Shown here in pieces: positions 1 to 12,601 of a DNA stretch of 64,000 nt. The notes under the pieces are model-generated. The model ran no database searches. It was not told the DNA's origin and saw only the letters and a program-made list of their open reading frames with translations. Made by a program: the position numbers and the translations under genes. The first letter of the stretch is position 1. Each line of letters begins with the position of its first letter. The DNA comes from Chrysomallon squamiferum (Eukaryota > Animalia > Mollusca): assembly GCA_012295275.1 (NCBI GenBank), contig CM022676.1:11780001-11844000 (forward strand), read 5' to 3'.

Positions 1-15
1 AGAAAATTCTTATTA

Positions 16-51
<36 letters not shown>

Positions 52-181
52 CTGGGACTTTTTACACTGATGTTGATAGCTGTTGATAATTGTTGAGTGT
101 TGGAAACTGTTGATAATTGTTGAGTGTTGGAAACTGTTGATAATAGTCTTGCTGTTGATAGTTTTAAGTTTTGTTTTGTAG

Positions 182-1098
182 AGCGCCCCTCCTGTCACAA
201 CAGAAACCCAGAAGTGAGCTACAAAGAAACAATCACTCTCGACTGCAACGTCCACTTCTCTGGCAACGCTGTGCCGCAGCTCGACTGGAAGCATGGCAGC
301 ACCATCCTCAACTCGACAACGTCGCAACACAACAACACCAGCCTGACAGCGCGACTGTCTCTGGTCGCAGAGAAAGACATGAACGGCCACGTTTACAACT
401 GCCACGTCAGCTACCCAGGCGTTCGCACCACCACCCGGTGTCAGGTTCTACCCCCGCTCAAAATAAACAGTCAGTATCATTTATAATTACTTGTTTGTCA
501 GGTTCTACCCCCGCTCAAAATAAACAGTCAGTATCGTTTATAATTACTTGTTTGTCAGGTTCTACCCCCGCTCAAAATAAACAGTCAGTGTCATTTATAA
601 TCACTTGTTTGTCAGGTTCTACCCCGCTCAAAATAAACAGTCAGTATCGTTTATAATTACTTGTTTGTCAGGTTCTACCCCTGCTCAAAATAAACAGTCA
701 GTATCGTTTATAATCACTTGTTTGTCAGGTTCTACCCCTGCTCAAAAAAACAGTCAGTCTCATTTATAATTACTTGTTTGTCAGGTTCTACCCCTGCTCA
801 AAATAAACAGTCAGTATCATTTATAATTACTTTATATTTGTTACCAACTGTCATTTTTATATGTGTATAATGTATGTATTTGTATATGTAAAGACACACA
901 AACACACTCGCAAACATGCATGCATACAAACATACACACACCTATTACTAATTTTTATCTGAACAGTAGAATCAGAGAGAAAGCAGACAGACAGACACAC
1001 ATACACACACACACACCTTTTACTGGGTTTCTCTCTCTCTCTCACTGTTAGAGTAGAGAGAGTGAGAGACACAAACAGACAGATAGACTGACAGACAA

Positions 1099-1146
<48 letters not shown>

Positions 1147-1174
1147 TTACTGTTTTTTCTCTCTACAGTACAGA

Positions 1175-1207
<33 letters not shown>

Positions 1208-4200
1208 TTACTGTATTTTCTCTCTGCAGTTCCAGCCAGTATAACGGCACTGATAATAAAGCCAGTGATGAGATTTCACACACACACTATTACTGTATTT
1301 TCTCTCTGCAGTTCAGAGACAGACACACACACACACACACACACACTATTACTGTATTTTCTCTCTGCAGTTCCAGCCAGTATAACAGCACTGATAATAA
1401 AGCCAGTGATGAGGTTTCACGTGTATGATGCTGGGACCAGTGTGAAGATGACGTGTGCAGCTCATGGGTTCCCCTCTCCAATGTTTTCCTGGTATTTTGT
1501 ACCAGCGTCCACCCCAGCTGTCCAACTGTCCACTCAGTCGTTCTACACCATCAAAAACCTGCAGAGGAAAAGTGAGGGCACCTACCGCTGTGTCGTCTAC
1601 AACGTCATCAGGAGGAAGACGTACAGAGACAGCAAGGATGTCAACATCACCCTGAAAGGCAAGTGTCTGTCTGTCTGTCTATTAGTCTGTCAGTTAAATT
1701 TTTTTTTTTTATTTATTTTATTTTTTTTTAAATCAGAGATTTCTATTTTTTCTTGTACTGTATAAGTTTTAAAAGTAATTTGATGAAAAACACTGGTATG
1801 TAGGAACAGTTATCCATAAATAACTTATAGCCCATTCAAAACAGTGCTTTGTATCTAGTTTTAAATTAGATATAATGTTGTCCTGTATGAGTAAGGAGAA
1901 CAAGTAAATTAACAGATGTTGTTAACTGATAAACTGATTATGCAGTAGATTATTACATTTATATTAAAATGATTTCTTCAGTGAACCATTCATCCCAACC
2001 ATTCATCTAACCATTCATCCATCACTCCAACCACTGATCACTTCATTCATCCATCCTCTGTTCATTCATCCATCCATCCACCCATTTATATATCTGCCTC
2101 ACTACATCATACCTGTAATTATGTCCATCGTCCATCTGTCTGTATGAGGATCAGTCCAGAAATAATTGTTTTTAATTTTCAGTTAATTTACTTTCAGATG
2201 AAGATGTTGCCCACCCAGCTTATGTAATTACCAAGACCAAAGATACAGTTAATGTGTTGAAAAGTAATGTAAACTTTACATATACATCTGTGTGTATGTA
2301 TGTGTGTGTGTGCCACAGTTACTAACATTTATATCTAGGTAGATAGATACATCACAGTTATTAACATATTTATAAGTAGAAATAACATTATCTATAGTAG
2401 TTTATTTGTATATAGAATATATTAACATTTTGATAAGTGGAAGTAGTATATTAAATAATGTACTGTTTATTTTTGTAGTACATATCAGTTATTAACATTT
2501 AAATAGGTTATGACAATATTTTTTTATTTGAGTAGAAATAGTATTTTAATAATGTAGTTTATTTTAAGTAGTATATACTAACACTGTAATAAGTATGTAC
2601 CACTAGTATATTAATAAAGTCCTTATATTCATATAAATATAAATCAGTTATTAATAAGTAGAAGGGCATTAAATATTGTTTATTTATATGATAAATATAA
2701 CATTTATTAAAATTTTATTATGTAATAGTATTATATATAAGCACTATTTAATTATATATTTAGTTATTCTGAATTACAAGTGTATCATAAAATTCCAGTT
2801 AAAAATTAATAATGTTTCTACACTTTATTTTAACACTTTAATAAGTAAAGTATATTGTTAAAAAGTTAATTTAATCTGTATTGTAATGTTAAACTTTTTT
2901 ATATTAATGTAGATAGTTGAAATAATGTATAAGTATATTTGAACATTTTATCCATTAGTACATACACTGTATGTTACATATAAAATTATATTATATTTAT
3001 AATTTCTATTTGACTGCTGTTCCTGATTTTTTATACCTCAAAAACACTGTTAAAGTCTGGTGTTAGAAAATGTATTATTTAGGATAAAAACATTAACGCC
3101 TCCAGATACATTTTTATTATGATAACATCAAAAGAGTAGAATTAAAAGCTCAGTTATTGTTTATTTGTCCTTATGCATGTGAAAACTCAAAGCTATTCTT
3201 TTATGTCAGAATATCTGCTTCATAAACAACATTTAAAAAAAATAATGTTGGCTTGATAGATAAAATAGACTTCATTAAAATAGACTTCATTAAATACATA
3301 GCACTATTTTTTTTCTGCTGGTCTTGAGATAAAGAAATGTTAAAGAAGAGTGTTATTAAACATTTGAATTTGTTAAATAGTAATTGTATTGACTAAGTGA
3401 AAAGATATAAATACATATACTGTGTAAATATTGTTTAATATGTTTCATCCTTAATAAGTTTTACTAACTATAAATTGTGTTGTTACATGGTATTTTGACA
3501 TCCATGTAAATAACCAGATGTTCATTAATATTGTTTAAATTTTAAAATTAAACACATTTTACTAATCCAGTACAATAATTATTGTAATTAGTAATTCTAT
3601 AAATACAAGAATCAATTAATGTTGATTAAATATGTAAATTAAACAAAGTTTACTAACACAGTGCAGTAAATATCTTGTATTTCATCTGGCATTTTGACAT
3701 GCATGTAAATAACCAAACATGATTAAAACAACATAGTTAAAACTGCTCATTTAACAGATAGATATTGTATATAATGTTTTTAACAGTGACCTTGCTAATC
3801 CAGTAAAAAACAGTGTAAGTATTCAGACATGGATTAAGGATTATTTATAGAGTGGGTATCTAACTAACAACTGAGGTTTATCAACATAAAAAGTACAGTC
3901 CTTAACTCTGTGAAGAAGTAAGCACAGATGTATCATTTTGGGAAAACACACATGTACACACAGTAATTACAGACACAAATATATAGATTCCTCCATACAT
4001 ATACCTACACATGCAAACACATACCCATTCACATAATCACATACAAATCATTCACACACACATGCACAGACAAACACACACACATACAAACTGAAGCTGC
4101 CAAGTACAGATATAGAACTACTTGACAATCTGTGTTGGCATATTAAAATCAATAAAATACAACTTTATCTTACATGATTAACAGTAACAGTGTTTGATCT

Positions 4201-7200
4201 GATGTTGTTTGACCTCTTCCTCAATCATGTCTGATATTTAAAACTGTATAGTAACTAAACTGACATAGATAACTGTCTCAGTACTGACTGCATTGTTTAG
4301 TGTTTTAAAACTCAGTTTAGATTTTTTATTTTCATTTGCTGTCTGTAATCTACTTGAGTTCTTGCTTTTTTTTTCTGTTTCTAAAACTCATTTCACTTTT
4401 CAGCATCTTTGATTCACTCTATAAACCGAAAACCTCGCTTTGGTTCTCTCTGTAAGTTTTGTTTTACTCATTCTTTGTCTGTGTCTTACTAACATCTACA
4501 ACGTCAACTACTACTACTTCTTGTTTGTTTGACTCTAACTAAAACCACAACACTTGTGTCAGCTGCCTGGGTTTGCTTGTTTTGTCACAGTTTATGTGTT
4601 TGTTTGTCTGTTTGTCTGAAGAAATACAAGTATATTTTGTCCTCTGTATCTTCTTTATATGTTTGTTTGTACTGACAAATTTTTGCTGTATTTTGTATTG
4701 TGTATTTTTATATTTTGTTTTGACTGTAACCCATTCTTCTATCTACTTCTTTTGGTTATTTTGTTGTTGTTTTTATCTGTTTGTTTTGTTTGGTTCGTTT
4801 TGTTGTTTTTTTGTAAATGTGTTGTGTATTTTCCTTCTTACTGATTCAAAGTCTTCGTTTTCATTTAATTTTTTTCAGTTTTTTATTTTATTTTATTTTC
4901 ATTCAACTCTTTAGGTTTTTTTTATCTCTTTTTCTTGTTTTTGATTCAAACTTATTTTCATCTTCCGTTTTTGTTTTCTGAATATTTCTTGTTCCACTTG
5001 TACTTTCTATTTCCATTCCTTTTGATATTCCTTACTGCACATTGTGATCATGTGACCATTCTCCATTGCTGCTATTTTTATTCTAATCCTTTCTTAGTAT
5101 TTCCATTCCTTTTTATATAGCTTATTGTATACAGCAATCATGTAATGATTCTCCTTTGCTGTTGTTTTTATTCTCATACTTAAAAAATTCTGTTTTTTTT
5201 CTCTAATTCCTATTCTCCTCCCATTTTCTGAACATCTAAAATCATTTTTCTAAATTTTACCTACGTCTGTGTACATCAGCTTATAATACCAACAGAAAAT
5301 GTATTTCTGTGACAGTCTGGCTTTGTCAGAAAACGTGACTGTCACAGTCAAGCTTCACAACAGCTTGCTCTCATTAGCACATCAATTACTTCACTTCAGT
5401 TCAGTTCAGAATCTGGGTAATCTCACTTTTAACATGGACTTCACATCTCCTGTGTTGTTTTTTCTTGTTTCACATTGTCTTAGTTTTTGTTTCATGTTGT
5501 CTGTGTTTCACTTTCTTACTAAAAGTATTAAAATTGTCTCACTCTGTTTCATGTTGTCTTATTCTGTGTTTCCTCTTGTCTCACTGTGTTTCACATTGTC
5601 TGCATCTGATTGTTTCAGATAGTCTTGTTCTTTCACATAATCTCACTATTTCTGTCTCTGTGTCTCATATTATCTCATGTTTTATCTTTTTTTTGTTTCA
5701 TGTTGTCTCACTGTCAGTTTCACATTGTCTCACTGTTTCATATTGTTTTACATTTTTTCTCACTACCAATTTTGACTCTTTTCTGTAAAAACTTATTAAA
5801 AAATTGTGTACATTTGTCTGTGTTTTTGTCACTGTCAAACTAACTCTCAGTTAAAAGTATTTACCTTGCTATCACAATGTTTATCTTGTTATTTTTGAAC
5901 TCAAAATAATCATTAATAACTTTTGTGTTACTTTAACATTGTTGTTTCTTTTTAACATCTTTACTTTAACAATTTTCTTTTTCTTTTTTATTAATATCAT
6001 TTTGATAGTATTTTACATGTTTCTGTTTAACACAAACTTATATGTTACTGCTACATGTATACCATATAATATATACTTTCATACATTCAAATCATGTACA
6101 TCATGCATATATAAAAGTTTTGTTTGTTTTTCAGTTTGGTTCACATAATTGGCTTAGCATTTTATTTATTTTATTTATTCTTTTCTAAAGCTCAGTTTTG
6201 ATAAAAAAATTTTATTTAAAATCAAAATCAAATAAATCTGCATGACATTAGTCCTGACACTCACCTTATTAATGCAGGTAGAACTGTTTGCATTATCTGA
6301 CTTTACCAGTCACTAATAATTTACCCAGTTTGCAATGCTCCATGGCCATTTTGTTTCCCTAGTTCCTGTCAGTTAATATGGTAACAATCTGTGTTCCAGG
6401 ACAGTTCATTTCTTTCTGTCATGAATATTCATCACATTAATAATTCAGCCAGATAACAAAGTTTTTCTGGTAGTTTTATTGTTAAAAAAGAAGAAAACAG
6501 GTTGAAGTATTTTTGTTGTGCTTTACCTGCAGCTCTGGGTGTCAGCATGTTCTAGTCTAGGAAAGCAAAATGGTTGATTTTTTTAGTGTATTTGAAAAAA
6601 CAAAAAGTGAAATCTTTTTTTAAACTTACTTTTCATGTATTAAACTGTTGATACTTACTGTGTCTTCTATTACTATCAAAGTCTGTTTTATTTCTACTTT
6701 TGCCATTCTGTATAATATATTGATATAACTTTGTCTTTGAATTCTACTTTTGCTATTCTGTATAAAATGTTAACATAACTTTGTGTTTGAATTTTACATT
6801 CACTGCAGTGTAAAATGTGATAATTATTGTAAGTTTGTGTTTTATTTTCAGTTTCTCCCTACGCCATTGGAGCTTTGATCAGTGCTGGTCTCGCCATTTT
6901 ACTTATTATTATTTTTGTCTTCCTTGCAATGAGAATGAAGGTCAGTTTAAGAGTTTAAAATCTAAGTAACAGTTACGTGTCTGAAAATTGTCATATTTCT
7001 TAAATAGTTATATACTAAAAAACAGCAATATATTTTTGTTTAAAAATAAAAAAATAAAATAAATAAATGAAATAAAGTAAGAGAAAAGAAAAGAAAAAAG
7101 AAAAGAAAGAAGAAGTACTCTGTACACTTCACTTGATGTTTTGTTATCAGAAAGAAATAAAGACTTTGAGAACAAATTACTTGAGCTCTACTAGGAATGA

Positions 7201-10200
7201 GAAATAGCCATTAATGTTCCTTTAAGATTTTTTTTTTACCTTAAAAAAATATAACATTTAAAAATTATAATTTTTTTAAACAAACATGAAGATGTATGGT
7301 TAATTAGCTAGATGTTTATGTTTCCATAGAGACGAGAACGCAAAATGCGAAACAAGATGACAAGAGTTCATGATGAAACCCTGGATGATCAGGAGGTGGA
7401 GCTTCTTGATGAAAATATACAACAACCTGAATACAGAGTAAGCTTTATTTTATTGATTTAATGTATGGGTTAAACTTTTTTTTTATCAAATATATTTTAT
7501 TATTTTTGTATCTAAATTATATTTAATTTATATAGAGCATATGTGTGTGACAAAATATTATAAAACTAATTGTTATGTCTTCAGTCAAATACATTTTAAA
7601 ATTGGATTTGTTTAAACATAAGTCAGTTAACTGAATGTATTGTTTTGTTTTATAGCTAATAGATATTTTTAAAACTGGATTTGTAGCAAACGTTTTTAAT
7701 GTGTAGTTTTGTTAACTAAATGTAACATTTGTTTTATGACTGTCAAAATACTCACACCTTTGCAAGAACTGGGTCTTATATTGTTTTGTATTTAGACCAA
7801 ATTTAGTTTTTTGTAATATTCTTTTAATGTTTTGTTCTATAACCATCAGAATACTCACAGCTTCAAATGAACTGTAATATATATTTTCTGTTTATATATT
7901 TTCTGTTTATATATTTTAGTTAATATTTTAGTTAATGTGTTGTTTTTCAGCCGTCAGAATACTCACAGCTTCAACTGAACTGAATGTAATATATATTTTC
8001 TGTTTATATGTTTTAGTTAACTAAATGTTTTGTGTTGTTTTTCAGCCCTCAGAATACTCACAGCTGCGGATGAACTGGGAGATCCCGAGACAGGACATCA
8101 GACTCGTAGAGCAGATTGGGAAGGGAGCCTACGTGGAAGTGTGGAGAGGTCGCATTCGTCTTGAAAACAACTCAAACAACATCGTCAGAGTGGCGGTGAA
8201 AAAACTCATAGGTGAGTGCTGTCTGAACTCACACTTCACTCACAAAGTTTATTTTTTATTAATATCACAGGTGAGTGTTGTCTGAACTCACACTTCACTC
8301 ACAAAGTTTAGTTTTTATTAATATCACAGATGAGTGTTGTCTGAACTCACACTTCACTCACAAAGTTTAGTTTTTATTAATATCACAGATGAGTGTTGTC
8401 TGAACTCACACTTCACTCACAAAGTTTAGTTTTTATTAATATCACAGATGAGTGTTGTCTGAACTCATACTTCACTCATAAAGTTTAGTTTTTATTAATA
8501 TCACAGGTGAGTGTTGTCTGAACTCACACTTCACTCACAAAGTTTAGTTTTTATTAATATCACAGATGAGTGTTGTCTGAACTCACACTTCACTCACAAA
8601 GTTTAGTTTTTATTAATATCACAGATGAGTGTTGTCTGAACTCATACTTCACTCATAAAGTTTAGTTTTATTAATATCACAGGTGAGTGTTGTCTGAACT
8701 CATACTTCACTCATAAAGTTTAGTTTTATTAATATCACAGGTGAGTGAATTAAAAAAAAAAAATAGTAATTTGTCAAATTCATTTTAAGCTCCACAGATT
8801 CAGATGTTAAGTTAAAAAGGTAAAGTAAAGTATGTTTTCAAAGGAGATGTTTAAAATAAATTAAATTAAAATTATTTTTTTAGCAGAGACAACAGAAAAA
8901 GAAAGACGTTTCTTCCTGTCGGAGTTGGAGGTTTTGAAGATGTTGCCCACTCACAACAACGTCATACAGCTCATTGCTAGCTACACTGTCAATGGTAAAA
9001 TATTCTTTGTTTTTAAAACAGTATCTAACAAACAACACAATTATAAATATCATACATCTATTTACTATTCTTATCTTTTTAAAACAGTATCTAACAAACA
9101 ACACAATTATAAATACACATCTGACTGCAAGCTATTGGTAAAATATTCTTATCTTTTTAAAACAGTATCTAACAAACAACACAATTATAAATATCATACA
9201 TCTATTTACTATTCTTGTCTTTTTAAAACAGTATCTAACAAACAACACAATTATAAATATCATACATCTATTTACTATTCTTGTCTTTTAAAACAGTATC
9301 TAACAAACAACACAATTATAAATATCATACATCTATTTACTATTCTTGTCTTTTTAAAACAGTATCTAACAAACAACACAATTATAAATATCATACATCT
9401 ATTTACTATTCTTCTCTTTTTAAAACAGTATCTAACAAACAACACAATTATAAATATCATACATCTATTTACTATTCTTATCTTTTTAAAACAGTATCTA
9501 ACAAACAACACAATTATAAATATCATACATCTATTTACTATTCTTATCTTTTTAAAACAGTATCTAACAAACAACACATTTATAAATATCATACATCTAT
9601 TTACTATTCTTATCTTTTTAAAACAGTATCTAACAAACAACACAATTATAAATATCATACATCTATTTACTATTCTTGTCTTTTTAAAACAGTATCTAAC
9701 AAACAACACAATTATAAATATCATACATCTATTTACTATTCTTATCTTTTTAAAACAGTATCTAACAAACAACACAATTATAAATATCATACATCTATTT
9801 ACTATTCTTATCTTTTAAAACAGTATCTAACAAACAACACAATTATAAATATCATACATCTATTTACTATTCTTATCTTTTTAAAACAGTATCTAACAAA
9901 CAACACAATTATAAATATCATACATCTATTTACTATTCTTATCTTTTTAAAACAGTATCTAACAAACAACACATTTATAAATACACATCTGATTGCAAGC
10001 TATTGGTAAAATATTCTTATGTTTTTAAAACTGTATTTTAAATTGTCTCAGAAGCTGATTTTTAAATTTCATATAAGTAATGGTAATACATATGTCATTA
10101 TTAAAATGTCATTTTACTTAAAATCCTCAAAGGTATTTTTGGTAAGAAAATGTATTTTAAAGTGTATTCTAGTATTTAAATTGATAGTTGTATGTAGATA

Positions 10201-10306
10201 TGTTCTCGCAATGTGGATAATTTTTGGGGTGGTGAATATCAGTGTATTCATTTGTTTCAGAATGTATATGTATTTGGTATGTATAGATTTGTTTTTATAT
10301 ACATGG

Positions 10307-10344
<38 letters not shown>

Positions 10345-12560
10345 AAGTGAAGATGTTTCACTGTGTTTCTGTGACACAGATCCATGGCTGCTGATGGTGG
10401 AGTTCGCAGGTCAGGGGTCACTACAGCAGTTTCTGGGGCGACATCGACCAGGTCAGCAGGAAGTGATAATAGACTCGAGGAGCGAGGGAGAGAACCAGTC
10501 AGTGCGCCTGCGCAACCAGGCACTGTCCTCGCACAACCTCATCTACCTGTGTCTGCAGGTGGCCAGCGGACTCGAGCACCTCAACAAGTTCAAGCTGCTC
10601 TGCTACAGACTGATGGCGTCGCGCGTCCTCGTTGCTAAGGGTGGAGTCTGTAAACTGTCTGGCTTCGGCTTCCAGCAGCAGATTGTCGAGAGAAACCTGT
10701 ATGAAGCAGTAAGTCACAACTACCACTACTACTGTCACTTCTACAACTACTACCACTACTACTACTACCACTTCTACTACTACTGTCACTTCTACAACTA
10801 CTACTACTACTGTCACTTCTACAACTACTACTACTACTGTCACTTCTACCACTACTACTACTACTACTTCTACAACTACTGCTACTACTACTGTCACTGC
10901 TACTGCTACTACTACTACTGTCACTTCTACATCTACTGCTACTACTACTGTCACTTTACAACTACTGCTACTACTACTGTCACTGCTACTGCTACTACTA
11001 CTACTGTCACTTCTACATCTACTGCTACTACTACTGTCACTTTACAACTACTGCTACTACTACTGTCACTGCTACTGCTACTACTACTACTGTCACTTCT
11101 ACATCTACTGCTACTACTACTGTCACTTTACAACTACTGCTACTACTACTGTCACTGCTACTGCTACTACTACTACTGTGTCACTTCTACATCTACTGCT
11201 ACTACTACTGTCACTTTACAACTACTGCTACTACTACTGTCACTGCTACTGCTACTACTACTACTGTCACTTCTACATCTACTGCTACTACTACTGTCAC
11301 TTCTACAACAACTGCTGTTACTACTACTACTACTGTCACTTCTACCACTACTGCTACTACTACTATTGTCACTTCTACCACTACTACTACTACTACTACT
11401 GTCACTTCTACAACTACTGCTGTTACTACTACTACTACTGTCACTTCTACAACTACTGCTACTACTGTCACTTCTACCACTACTGCTACTACTACTACTG
11501 TCACTTCTACAACTGCTGCTACTACTACTACTACTGTCACTTCTACTACTACTACCATTTCTACTACTACTACTACTACTGACACTTCTACCACTACTGC
11601 TACTACTACTACTACTGTCACTTCTACACTACTGCTACTACTACTACTTCTACTGTCACTTCTTCAACTACTACAACTACTACTACTACTGTTACCTCTA
11701 TACTACTATTATTATTACTACTAGTACTAATATTACCATTACTACTGTTATTGCCACTACTATTATTACTACTATCACTAATATATAAACACCACACCAA
11801 CATTACCACAACTGCCATCACCATTACTACCACTGTTACCACCACTACTATTACTACCAGCACTACTAATACCACTATCGTGTCTGTGCTATATACTAAT
11901 CTAACTTCCATGAAATCATTTTTCTACATTTCTGTATTTTTCATATTTTTATTTTTATTGGAAATAATTCCAAGCTTATTTCATTATTCTTCGTTTGTAA
12001 GACAGTTTTACATGTGTTTTTTTTTCCTGTTCTAGACATCTGCTCCAACCCGGTGGCTGGCGCCAGAATGCTTTGACCAACCCAACTACAGTGTGCAGTC
12101 TGACATGTGGGCATTTGGAGTAGTTATGTGGGAGATTGTACATTACGGTAAGTTAAAACTTGAACTAGCACAACTACAGTGTGCAGTCTGACGTGTGGGA
12201 GATTGTACATTACGGTAAGTTAAAACTTGAACTAGCACAACTACAGTGTGCAGTCTGACGTGTGGGAGATTGTACATTACGGTAAGTTAAAACTTGAACT
12301 AGCACAACTACAGTGTGCAGTCTGACGTGTGGGAGATTGTACATTACGGTAAGTCAAAACTTGAACTAGCACAACTACTGAACATAAGAAAATATTAGCA
12401 ACCTCAAAATTATAATCCATGTACATGTAGAAATGGCATAAAACTTACAACAGTCTTAATATTAAAATCCATTTATACATACTTAACATAAGAACTACAA
12501 AGTTCACTAAATCAGTTATCCAGAATAACAGATTTGTTTTCATGTTGTTTATGGCACATT

Positions 12561-12601
<41 letters not shown>

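Noticed and set aside
4573-6148. Hydrophobic Phe/Leu/Cys-rich ORFs
   Set aside because: T-rich low-complexity intron sequence without credible splice structure or domains.
8995-10030. Long ORFs 8925..9818, 9281..10009 and 9275..9790
   Set aside because: Read-through of a 66-bp intronic repeat; only 8884-8994 is exonic.
10019-11788. 589-aa ORF as a single protein
   Set aside because: Only 10380-10708 is a kinase exon; the rest is intron and (CTA)n microsatellite.
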